From an uncultured Desulfobacter sp. (GTDB lineage: Bacteria; Desulfobacterota; Desulfobacteria; Desulfobacterales; Desulfobacteraceae), in the NCBI GenBank assembly GCA_963665095.1, contig OY762069.1:6816001-6880000 (forward strand): a DNA stretch of 64,000 nucleotides, given 5' to 3'. Under the pieces are notes generated by a model. The model saw nothing but the letters and a program-made list of their open reading frames with translations, did no database searches and was not told where the DNA came from. This document shows positions 49,547 to 58,522 of the stretch, in pieces. Numbering within the stretch: the stretch's first letter is position 1; every line of letters starts with the position of its first letter. Both the position numbers and the translations under genes were made by a program.

Positions 49547-50368
49547 TTATGACCAGCTGAATTTTTGTTGCAGTTTCTGGAAAATTCTGTCCAGAACAAA
49601 TCCCAGTATGCCTATGGCTATGATGACAGCCATCAGTTTATCGTACTCCATGGTATCCCTGGCATCGTTGATCAGATAGCCCAAACCCGATGATACCCCT
49701 AAAAATTCAGCCGGAACCAGTACAATCCAGGCAATTCCCAGAGCCAGCCGCAGGCTGGTCATCATATGGGGAACAGAATATGGAATAACAATGGTTCGAA
49801 TTAGCTGAAAGTTATTGGCCCCCTGATTCAGAGCCATTTTTATCCATTGGGGATTGATATCCATGACACCCACTGCTGTGTTCAATATTATAGGGCAAAT
49901 TGTGGCCATTACAATCAAAAAATGCACTGAAGATTCAAAGCTTTGAAATAAAAGCAGGGCAATGGGCATCCATGAGAGCGGGCTGATCATCCTTACGAAC
50001 TGAATCGGCGAATAGGTAAGCTTGCGAAGTTTGCCATAAAAACCGATGAGTACGCCAAAGGGAAGACCAATGGCTGACGCAATGGCAATACCTAAGACAA
50101 TTCTTCGCAGGCTTGCAAATACAGACATCCAGAACCGGTAATCCTGGAAGGCCTCCACCAGGGCGGCAAGGGTGGGGCCGGGAAGAAACCCTGAAAAATG
50201 GGAAAGTTCGGCCCGGGTGAAGATAAATTGCGTAACAGCAGCCCAGAGGCAGGCAAACAGGGCAAATCCTGCCAGTTCATATTTCCAGCCTGACAATATC
50301 CTGGTTAAAAGGGAAGGCATCCCCAGTTGTCCAAGACTGGTCTGAGAGTCTATATTAGTTAATTTCAA
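49547..50368 (-). CDS. ABC transporter permease (NrtB/SsuC/TauC family)
   Basis: SLRRI, ISPLSWMP, LRLALGIAW..LVPAE, GLGYLI. Confidence 0.92.
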   Translation of the reverse strand: MKLTNIDSQTSLGQLGMPSLLTRILSGWKYELAGFALFACLWAAVTQFIFTRAELSHFSGFLPGPTLAALVEAFQDYRFWMSVFASLRRIVLGIAIASAIGLPFGVLIGFYGKLRKLTYSPIQFVRMISPLSWMPIALLLFQSFESSVHFLIVMATICPIILNTAVGVMDINPQWIKMALNQGANNFQLIRTIVIPYSVPHMMTSLRLALGIAWIVLVPAEFLGVSSGLGYLINDARDTMEYDKLMAVIIAIGILGFVLDRIFQKLQQKFSWS

Positions 50369-51557
50369 CGGTTTCTTCCCTGGTAAATTTTTCTGTTACA
50401 TCACACTGGCAAAATCCCTTCATGCCGCCCATGTCATCCAGCGCTTTCCTGACAAAACTGTCATCCACAAGAGTTGCGGCAGCTGCGCCAATATCAAGGG
50501 ATGCCAGAAAATCTGCGTTTCCCTCAACCTTGGTTTTTTTCATCTGTTCCAGGATAAACCGGGTGGCACTTGGAAACGGAAACGGCTGAAATCCGATCCG
50601 TTCCACACCCCATTGGGGATGAACCAGCTCTTTATCAGGAATGGAACCAAATACCCTGGCAAGAACTGATTCTTTCACCGGCAGATAGCCTTCGCCATCC
50701 CTGCTGAGCAGATGGGCGGTTTCTTTAGGATTCTGCAGACACCATGCCTGGGCACGGACAATGGCGTTGACTGCTTTTTGAATCATGACTGGATGCTGCT
50801 GGATCTGATGTTCATTGGTTACGATAACACAACAGGGATGATTTTTCCAAATATCTCCTGAATATCGCATAATTTTTGCTGAAAATTTTTCCTGGGCCAG
50901 GGCGTTGAACGGATCTGCCACGATAAATGCGTCTATTTTTTTCCCCAAAAGGGCCTGGGGCATGTCCGGTGGTGGCAGAATGAACAGATTGACCTCATGG
51001 GGGGCTAAGCGGGAATTAGGCGGTTTGATCACAGGCGTAAGTCCCTGGACCTGCAATCCCAACTGCATGACCAGATTGTGCATGGAGTACCATGAGGGTA
51101 CAGCCACCTGTTTGCCGCCCAGGTTGGCAAAGCGGTCGATGCCGCTATCTGACCTGACCGTAACCGCGCTGCCGTTGGTGTGGTCCCAGGCAAGCACTTT
51201 CACCGGCATTTTTTGCCTGAAGCGCATCCATATAGGAATGGGAAAAAGCATATGGGTCAGATCAAATTTTCCGGTCAAAAAGGATTCCGTAAGTATCTTC
51301 CACGACCGGACCATAACAGGCTGCTTGACATCCAGCCCTTCCTGGGAAAAATAACCAAGGCTGTGTGCTGCCAGTAATGGCGTAGCATCAGTAATGGGCA
51401 GATACCCGATTTTCAAAGGGTGTTTCCGGGCTGCGGCCAAAGACGGCAGGGCCAGTGAACTGCAGGCCGCAGCGCCTGCGGCACAGGCAGTGGTTTTTAA
51501 AAACTGTCGCCGTGACATGTCAGGGCTTGTCATCAAGCCGGCATTGTTCAGATTCAT
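50355..51557 (-). CDS. Tat-exported ABC substrate-binding protein (NrtA/CmpA-like)
   Basis: SRRQFLK Tat motif; IGYLPITDA, HTNGS, SMHN, PPPDM, WKNHPCC. Confidence 0.9.
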   Translation of the reverse strand: MNLNNAGLMTSPDMSRRQFLKTTACAAGAAACSSLALPSLAAARKHPLKIGYLPITDATPLLAAHSLGYFSQEGLDVKQPVMVRSWKILTESFLTGKFDLTHMLFPIPIWMRFRQKMPVKVLAWDHTNGSAVTVRSDSGIDRFANLGGKQVAVPSWYSMHNLVMQLGLQVQGLTPVIKPPNSRLAPHEVNLFILPPPDMPQALLGKKIDAFIVADPFNALAQEKFSAKIMRYSGDIWKNHPCCVIVTNEHQIQQHPVMIQKAVNAIVRAQAWCLQNPKETAHLLSRDGEGYLPVKESVLARVFGSIPDKELVHPQWGVERIGFQPFPFPSATRFILEQMKKTKVEGNADFLASLDIGAAAATLVDDSFVRKALDDMGGMKGFCQCDVTEKFTREETVEIN

Positions 51558-52324
51558 CAGTGCAGGCTCCGTTTCACTATATATGCATTTTTAAAGCGGT
51601 CGAGAATGGTGGTTCGAAGCGCCTTGATTGCCGGGTTATTCTGCTGCCTGGGGTAGGGTTCTTTGATATCAAATATCTGCGTAATACCGGCGGGGTCACC
51701 TGCCAGCAGAACAATTTTGTTGCCAAGCCTGATGGCCTCGTCAATGTCATGGGTAACAAAAACAGCTGTGAAGCTTTCTGACATCCACAGATTCACCAGT
51801 TCCTCCTGGATGTGGGCCTGGGTAAAGGTGTCCAGGGATGCAAATGGTTCGTCCAGCAGCAGAACCTGTGGATGCCCTACCAGTGCCCTTGCCAGACATA
51901 CCCGCTGGGCCATGCCCAGGGACAGATGGTCTGGTTTTGCATCTGCCGCGCCGGTCAGTCCCATGATTTCCAGAAACTGGCTTACCCGGTAATCCAGATC
52001 CTTGACATCTTTTCTGATCCGGCAGCCATAGGCTACATTTTCCTTAACACTGAGCCATGGAATCAGTGCAGGCTGCTGGAAAAGCATGGAGCGGGACGGA
52101 TGAATCCCTGAAACAGGCTCCCCGTTCACCCGGATCTGTCCGCTGGTCGGGGCCTCCAGCCCTGCCAGAAGGTTGAGCAACGTTGTTTTTCCACACCCGG
52201 ATTCGCCAAGGATGATGACAAAATCTCCGGGATCTATGGAAAAAGAGATATCCTTGAGTATCTGCTGCGGCTTTTGACCCGGGCTGTAATAAAATTTATT
52301 TATTTTTTCAATTTCTATTTTCAA
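51557..52324 (-). CDS. ABC transporter ATP-binding protein (NrtD/SsuB family)
   Basis: GESGCGKTT, LSLGMAQR, LLLDEPF..LD, VTHD; TTG start 52324 preferred over 52357, which overlaps the upstream gene. Confidence 0.93.
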   Translation of the reverse strand: MKIEIEKINKFYYSPGQKPQQILKDISFSIDPGDFVIILGESGCGKTTLLNLLAGLEAPTSGQIRVNGEPVSGIHPSRSMLFQQPALIPWLSVKENVAYGCRIRKDVKDLDYRVSQFLEIMGLTGAADAKPDHLSLGMAQRVCLARALVGHPQVLLLDEPFASLDTFTQAHIQEELVNLWMSESFTAVFVTHDIDEAIRLGNKIVLLAGDPAGITQIFDIKEPYPRQQNNPAIKALRTTILDRFKNAYIVKRSLH

Positions 52325-52328
52325 TATT

Positions 52329-53273
52329 TTACAGTCCCGATATAGCTGTCTGGGCAAATTCCGGCGTAATAAAGCCCTTGAAGTCCGTATCAGCCGGCAT
52401 TACTTCCATGGCTGTGCTCATATAGCCCTGAACAGTGTTTAATATATTTGGGTCCGGGATCAGCAGAGCAGGAGAGTAACTGACCCCAGATGTGCTGACA
52501 GTATTGTGGACTTGGTTTGCCTGCAGTTTTAAAAATGCGGCACAGCCGGCGCCAATATTTCCGTGGGCAGTAGTATTATCATGCATTGACTGCTCCAGCT
52601 GTCTGGCTGCCTGGAAGAAATATTTCATTAATATCGGTATGACTGCGTCTTTATTTCGGATCAGGTCCTGCTTTATCACAAAGACCGATCCCGGGTGATC
52701 TTTCCACAGATCCCGTGACACAAGCAGTTGCTTAAATCGTTTGGTCTCCAGCAGGTTTTGCCCAAAAGGCGCCGGAGTGATAAATGCTGCGATATCCGCA
52801 TCCCTGTCTGAATCTGCCAGCTCCGGCATCAGTGCGGGGGGGACAGCCTCAAGTTCCACACTATGGTCACGATTGAAGTTATCGCCTGTTTTGAGCTGCC
52901 TTGCCGTCAGCAGTTGGTGTACAAGCATATGCTGGACAGACACTCTGTGGGGGATCAAAACGCTTTTGCCTTTGAAATTCGCCATTTTCTGAATGGCCTC
53001 AGAGGCAATGACCCTGCTGCCGCCCCGGTGGGTAAACATAAGCATAGTGATATCCAGACCGCTATCATATAAATACATGGCATGGGCCAAATCCATGAAT
53101 GCCGCATTGATCTCACCGGATGCAAGCCCTGCTTCAATCTGTTCCCATGAACGCATGGCAAAGGGCAGAATATCCGTGCCGGAACCGGGTTCCCTGTTTT
53201 GAATATATAACGGCAGGGCGATTCCGAGTATCAGATGATCAACACAGCTAAAATGTCCGATTCGGATAGTCAG
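52329..53273 (-). CDS. Signal-less NrtA/CmpA-like binding-domain protein, probable CTG start
   Basis: Frame open 39 codons upstream of ATG 53156: LTIRIGHFSCVDHLILG, homologous to LNVAHIQITDHLALG of 48095-49468; GAGG 5 nt before the CTG. Confidence 0.78.
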   Translation of the reverse strand: MTIRIGHFSCVDHLILGIALPLYIQNREPGSGTDILPFAMRSWEQIEAGLASGEINAAFMDLAHAMYLYDSGLDITMLMFTHRGGSRVIASEAIQKMANFKGKSVLIPHRVSVQHMLVHQLLTARQLKTGDNFNRDHSVELEAVPPALMPELADSDRDADIAAFITPAPFGQNLLETKRFKQLLVSRDLWKDHPGSVFVIKQDLIRNKDAVIPILMKYFFQAARQLEQSMHDNTTAHGNIGAGCAAFLKLQANQVHNTVSTSGVSYSPALLIPDPNILNTVQGYMSTAMEVMPADTDFKGFITPEFAQTAISGL

Positions 53274-53411
53274 GGCAGCCTCAATTTTTCAACATTTGCT
53301 GAAGTTTTTTGATTTTTTTCGAATCAAACTTTAACACAGCCTGGAACGTATTGGCAAGCTTGCGGGTACAATTTAAAACCGGTCAATCCCTGCCTGACAA
53401 GCCTTAGGTTT

Positions 53412-55094
53412 TTACAGCCGTCCCCGCTGGATAATGGCCACCAGAAGCCAGATACCCATAACTGCCGCAGCAAGGAAGCCGGCAATGCCGATGATGGAGA
53501 CGCCAAAGATCATGGGCGGAATCTGTGAGTTGAGAACAATGGCTGATCCCAGGATCAATGCCGCTATGATGATGGCAAAGGAGATCCGGTTGGATGTCTG
53601 ATCCTGGGTCATCATCAGGCGCTCCAGCCCCTCTATTTTAATAATGGCTTTCAGCTTGCCCTGTTTGATCTGGGTGATGATCTGGCTTGTATCCGAAGGC
53701 AGGGCCTGCATCAGGGCAAAGGTATCCCTGGTAATACCGGCCAGCTCCCGGGAAAGACGGGGTAAGGAATATTTTTTCAGGGTGGCGGCCCTGACATAGG
53801 GACGGGCATGGCCGAGCATGTCAAATTCCGGGTCAAGTTGGCGGGCCACCCCTTCAATGCTGATAAAGGCCTTGATCATTAAAAACAGGTCCGGTGAAAT
53901 TCTTAATCCGTGCCGGGCGCACAGCTCAAGAAACTGGTGTACCATTCGGCTGGGGCTGATCTCCTTGAGTTTTTTAGACAGGTATACGGCAGAGAACTGG
54001 GCTATATCCTTTTCCAGTGCCTCCATATTGACGGAATGATCGGATTCTGTCAGGCGGCACAGCAGCCGTGCCGTGTTCTGATTGTTTTTTGCGGCAAGAC
54101 TGTGGAGCAGGTCAATGAACGCCTCACGGGTGGCCTGGTTTACAAATCCGGTCATGCCAAAATCAATGACACAGATGCGCTGGTCTGTCAGAATTAAAAT
54201 ATTGCCGGGGTGGGGATCGGCATGGAAAAAACCAAACTCAAACACCTGTCGCATGATAAAGTCGGCGCCCATCCGGGTAATTTTTTTTCGGTCAAGGCCT
54301 GCCCTGTCAATGGCGTCAATGTCATCGGCCTTGATGCCTTTGATAAACTCCATGCTCAACACCCGCTGGGTGGAATGGGACCGGTAGACCTGGGGGATGT
54401 GAATGTTGGGATCCCTGGCAAACTGGTCTGCCATCTGTTCCATGCTGGCCGCCTCAACCGTGTAATCCAGTTCCTTTTCCAGGGAATCGGCAAATTCTTC
54501 AACAATCTTCACCGGCCGGAATATGGCCATATCCTCCAGATTCTTTTCCATGACCTGGGCCAGGTAGTGAATGATTTCCAGGTCCACCTCTATTGTTTTG
54601 CGGATACCGGGCCGTTGGATTTTAACGGCCACCTGTTCGCCGGATGACAGCGTTGCCTTATGTACCTGTCCGATTGACGCCGAAGCAAAGGGCTTTTCCT
54701 CAAAAGAGTGGAATACCGCACTGATGGGCCTGCCGAATTCTGCAAGGATGATCTGCTTGACCTGTTCAAAGGCAAAGGCAGGCACTTTGTCCTGCAGTTT
54801 GGCAAGTTCCCGGGTAAGGTCCAGGGGGATCAGGTCCGGACGCGAGGAGAGAACCTGGCCCATTTTAATGAAGGTCGGTCCCAGTTCCTCCAGCACCATC
54901 CTGATCCGCTGGTTTCTGGACATTTTTTCGTGGGGTTTTGAAAACGGGATAATGGTGTCAAGATAGTGATCAATCTTCATGGCATCAATAATATTCTCAA
55001 ACCCGTATTTGAGAATGATGCCGATGATCTGCTGGTACCGGACCAGATGGCGGTAGCGTTTGGTGACCTTTGAAATGGTCTTGAAACTGAGCAT
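53412..55094 (-). CDS. ABC1/AarF/UbiB family atypical kinase
   Basis: LGPTFIKMGQ, ASASIGQVH, VAVKIQRP, FHADPHPGN, IDFG; two C-terminal TM helices. Confidence 0.93.
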   Translation of the reverse strand: MLSFKTISKVTKRYRHLVRYQQIIGIILKYGFENIIDAMKIDHYLDTIIPFSKPHEKMSRNQRIRMVLEELGPTFIKMGQVLSSRPDLIPLDLTRELAKLQDKVPAFAFEQVKQIILAEFGRPISAVFHSFEEKPFASASIGQVHKATLSSGEQVAVKIQRPGIRKTIEVDLEIIHYLAQVMEKNLEDMAIFRPVKIVEEFADSLEKELDYTVEAASMEQMADQFARDPNIHIPQVYRSHSTQRVLSMEFIKGIKADDIDAIDRAGLDRKKITRMGADFIMRQVFEFGFFHADPHPGNILILTDQRICVIDFGMTGFVNQATREAFIDLLHSLAAKNNQNTARLLCRLTESDHSVNMEALEKDIAQFSAVYLSKKLKEISPSRMVHQFLELCARHGLRISPDLFLMIKAFISIEGVARQLDPEFDMLGHARPYVRAATLKKYSLPRLSRELAGITRDTFALMQALPSDTSQIITQIKQGKLKAIIKIEGLERLMMTQDQTSNRISFAIIIAALILGSAIVLNSQIPPMIFGVSIIGIAGFLAAAVMGIWLLVAIIQRGRL

Positions 55095-55119
55095 GGGTTT
55101 AAAAGACGATGCCGGCAGC

Positions 55120-55437
55120 TTAGTCTTTGTTTTTCAGCTTTTCGGAAAGCTCATCGATGCGGGCGTTCAAGTTGTTGATGTCAGCCCGGGTCGGCAGGTC
55201 AAGGCGCTTGAGCACGGATTCCACAATTGTTTCAATTTTTTTATCAAGATTGGTTTTCGCGTCATCATATCGTTTCTTGCAGTCATCCAGGAACTCTCTG
55301 GCTTCCTGCTGGTTCATTTCCGACTGTTCGGCAAATTCTTTGGCCAGGGCTTCAATCTCTTTTTTGGACCGAAGGGCCATGCCCACACCGGTAAGCAGGC
55401 TGTTTTTTATGGTTTCAAGCATGCTGTTTTCCTCCAT
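55120..55437 (-). CDS. Phasin/PHA granule-associated-like coiled-coil protein
   Basis: LLTGVGMA...LDLPTRADI..L..RIDEL pattern; directly upstream of the AarF kinase. Confidence 0.75.
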   Translation of the reverse strand: MEENSMLETIKNSLLTGVGMALRSKKEIEALAKEFAEQSEMNQQEAREFLDDCKKRYDDAKTNLDKKIETIVESVLKRLDLPTRADINNLNARIDELSEKLKNKD

Positions 55438-55460
55438 GGTAATTTTTAAACCAGATAAAC

Positions 55461-55492
55461 AGGCCCCGGAGCACTTCAGCGTCCCGGGACCT
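55461..55492 (-). terminator. Hairpin after acyl-CoA dehydrogenase
   Basis: Minus strand AGGTCCCGGG...TCCGGGGCCT followed by GTTTAT. Confidence 0.5.
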
Positions 55493-55517
55493 TTAAAAAT
55501 ATCAGGATCAGGGCTTA

Positions 55518-57365
55518 CTATTTTGATCCAAAAGAGACATCCTGGATCTCTTCCACACAGGTGTCCCCCTCAAGGATGGCATCCATTTTACCATAGGTGG
55601 CCGGCAAAAGTGTATTAATAAAAAATTTGGCTGACGCCATCTGACCGGCATAGAAGGCCGCATCCTTATTGGAACCTGCTTTGGCCGCCACAGTCTCAGG
55701 ATCAAGAGATCCCGCCTTTTTGGCCAGTTTGGGGGCAGCAATCATTGCCCGCCACAGATGCATCCATGCAAAGGTAACATCTCCGGTCACTTCCAGGAAG
55801 GGGTGGGCAAAGGCATAGGCGTTGAGGAAGTTTGCCGATCTGGAACGGGTGCCAATATCCTTGGCAAGCGCCTCAAACCGGGACAGGGCATGTTCCATTT
55901 TTTCGGCAAGAACCGTGACGCCTTCCACCTCTTTGGCTTCAGTTATCGTTTTTCTGATCTGGTCAAGGAAATGGGCAAAGCTTTGACCCTTGTTCATGGA
56001 AAGCTTTCTGCCGATAAGATCCATGGCCTGAATGCCGTTGGTGCCTTCATAAATCATGAAGATCCTGGAGTCGCGCATGAGCTGTTCTGCCGGATATTCT
56101 TTGCAATAGCCGTATCCGCCGTAAACCTGGACGCCGTGGGAGCATACTTCAAGGGCCTTGTCCGTGACATACCCTTTGACTATCGGGGTGAGAACCTCAA
56201 TCAATGCAGCTGTTTCCGCTTTCAGATCGGCATCATCCGTGGTGTGGACAATGTCCTGGCACTTGGCATAGTAATAGTGCAGGGAGCGCATGCCTTCGGT
56301 AAACACCTTCATATTCAGCAGCTGGCGTTTGACATCGGGATGGTTGATAATCGTTACGTTTTTAGCGGTGGCATCTTTGCCTGCACTCAAGTGCCGGCCC
56401 TGAACCCTGCTCCTGGCGTATTCCAGGGCATTCATATAAGATGCTGAGGCCACGGCAAAACCCTGCAGTCCCACAAAGGCCCTGGCTTCATTCATCATTT
56501 TAAACATTTCGGGCATGCCTTTGTTCTCTTCACCTAAAAGGGTGCCGATGGACGGTGCTTTGTCTCCGAGAGAGAGCGTGCAGGTGGCGTTTCCGTGGAT
56601 GCCCATTTTTTCTTCAATGCCGGTGCATACCACATTGTTGAATTCTCCTAGGGAGCCATCCTCATTAACCAGGTATTTAGGTACCAGAAATAGGGAAATT
56701 CCCTTAGTACCGGCAGGTGCCCCTTCAATACGCGCCAGAACCGGATGGATAATGTTGTCGCAAAGGTCGTGTTCCCCTGCGGAGATAAAAATTTTGGTCC
56801 CCTGGATGGAATAGGTGCCGTCGTCGTTTAACGTGGCCGTTGTGGTCAGTGCTCCTACATCAGAACCGGCTTCGGGTTCAGTCAGCAGCATGGTGCCGCC
56901 CCAGGTGCCGGCAAACATTTTTTTCATGTACAGTTTTTTCTGGGTGTCGTCGCCAAAGGCTTCCACCAGTTTGGCGGCTCCGTGGGTCATGCCGTAGTAA
57001 AGCATAAAGGCGGAGTTGGCGCCCACCATATATTCCAGGGCCGCACATCCCACGGTTTTAGGCATGCCCTGGCCGCCGACTTCGGGATCATCGCACATGG
57101 CCAGCCATTCGCCCTCGCAGAACAGCTTCCAGGCCCGCTTGAAGGATTCAGGCGTCGTGACTTTTCCGTTGTCAAGGGTGCAGCCGATCTCATCACCCTC
57201 TTTGAAGGTGGGAAGGATCTCTTTGATGGATAAAGATCTTGCCTCTGAAACAATCAGGTCAATGGTTTTTTTGTTGAATTCTTCAAACAACTCATGATCA
57301 ACCGTTCCGATCTGTTCATGCAATACAAAGTCGACGTCGCGTCTGTCTGCGATAGCCTGTGCCAT
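55518..57365 (-). CDS. Acyl-CoA dehydrogenase (long, ~600-aa type)
   Basis: GTMLLTEPEAGSD, GTKIFIS.GEHD, EEKMGIHG, YGGYGY, IYEGTNGIQA. Confidence 0.95.
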   Translation of the reverse strand: MAQAIADRRDVDFVLHEQIGTVDHELFEEFNKKTIDLIVSEARSLSIKEILPTFKEGDEIGCTLDNGKVTTPESFKRAWKLFCEGEWLAMCDDPEVGGQGMPKTVGCAALEYMVGANSAFMLYYGMTHGAAKLVEAFGDDTQKKLYMKKMFAGTWGGTMLLTEPEAGSDVGALTTTATLNDDGTYSIQGTKIFISAGEHDLCDNIIHPVLARIEGAPAGTKGISLFLVPKYLVNEDGSLGEFNNVVCTGIEEKMGIHGNATCTLSLGDKAPSIGTLLGEENKGMPEMFKMMNEARAFVGLQGFAVASASYMNALEYARSRVQGRHLSAGKDATAKNVTIINHPDVKRQLLNMKVFTEGMRSLHYYYAKCQDIVHTTDDADLKAETAALIEVLTPIVKGYVTDKALEVCSHGVQVYGGYGYCKEYPAEQLMRDSRIFMIYEGTNGIQAMDLIGRKLSMNKGQSFAHFLDQIRKTITEAKEVEGVTVLAEKMEHALSRFEALAKDIGTRSRSANFLNAYAFAHPFLEVTGDVTFAWMHLWRAMIAAPKLAKKAGSLDPETVAAKAGSNKDAAFYAGQMASAKFFINTLLPATYGKMDAILEGDTCVEEIQDVSFGSK

Positions 57366-57682
57366 ATTGTCATCCCCTTTTTAAAACTGTTCATGGTTGA
57401 GTTTAAACACGTCTGCTTATATATTAGGCAGACATGCCCTCTATGACGATTAGTCTGGGTATATTTAGTACGAAAAGTTTGATATTTTCAAACCTTTTTT
57501 GAAAACAAGTGATATAAAATTTAAAAAGAATTTATTCGTTATTGTTTTTCGTATTTAAAACACGGTTTAAATCCCGTTAAATATCTGCTAAAAAAAAGTT
57601 GTTTTTTAAAGTTAGATTCATATGAGCCTGTGGCGGCGGTCTGAAAATTTTGATTTTTTCACATTATGAATGCAGGTAACAC

Positions 57683-58522
57683 ATGCGAATAAAATGTTGG
57701 GGTTCAAGAGGATCTGTTTCCGTATCCGGGAAGAAGTATTTAAAATACGGCGGAGATACCACCTGTTTTGAGGTTCAGGCCGATTCCGGTCAGACGGTGA
57801 TTCTCGATGCGGGCACCGGTATCAGGCGCCTGGGTAAATCCATTGTGAAAAGGCAGATCAAAACATGTTATCTGCTTTTTACCCACGCCCACTGGGACCA
57901 TATTCTTGGGTTGCCCTTTTTTCATCCCATGCTCAGGGCGGATACCACTCTCTATTTCCAGGATCGCACCTTTGGAGGTTTTTCCACGCAGCAGGTCATT
58001 GACCGGATCATGCTGACCCCTTTTTTCCCGGTCAACCTTGAGGATTTTCAGGCTGATATCCGGTTTGATGCCGCGTTGAATGGCCATTTTTCCATCGGCA
58101 GTCTGGACATTGAGACCATTGCCACCTCCCATTCCCAGGACAGCATGGGATACAGGTTCAGGGAAAACGGAAAAACCTTTGTGTTTCTGACTGACAATGA
58201 ACTTGGGTTTGCACATACACAGAGCAAAAATTTTCAGGATTACATTGATTTTGCCAGGGATGCGGATATCATGTTTCATGACACAGAGTACACCGATGAC
58301 GAGTACGACGGGAAAATCGGATGGGGGCACTCCCGCATTTCCGATGTCCTGGACCTGGCAACCAAAGCCGGGGTAAAACAGTTGGGGCTGATTCACCTGA
58401 ATCAGGACCGAAGCGATGATCAGGTGGACCAGATGGCGGACCTTTGCCGCAGCTTTTTTCAGAAAAATAATTTAGCCACAACCTGTTATGCAGTTCCCGC
58501 CGATTTTGAAGTTGCCCTGTAA
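57683..58522 (+). CDS. MBL-fold metallo-hydrolase (phosphodiesterase/RNase Z-like)
   Basis: WGSRGS, YGGDTTC, DAGTG, THAHWDH, TDNE, GWGHS. Confidence 0.9.
   Translation: MRIKCWGSRGSVSVSGKKYLKYGGDTTCFEVQADSGQTVILDAGTGIRRLGKSIVKRQIKTCYLLFTHAHWDHILGLPFFHPMLRADTTLYFQDRTFGGFSTQQVIDRIMLTPFFPVNLEDFQADIRFDAALNGHFSIGSLDIETIATSHSQDSMGYRFRENGKTFVFLTDNELGFAHTQSKNFQDYIDFARDADIMFHDTEYTDDEYDGKIGWGHSRISDVLDLATKAGVKQLGLIHLNQDRSDDQVDQMADLCRSFFQKNNLATTCYAVPADFEVAL

Noticed and set aside
53289..53294. In-frame TGT-TGA (Cys-stop) upstream of the CTG-start gene as a second selenocysteine
   Set aside because: Lies outside the homologous domain in A-rich promoter-like sequence; no Cys counterpart in the paralogs
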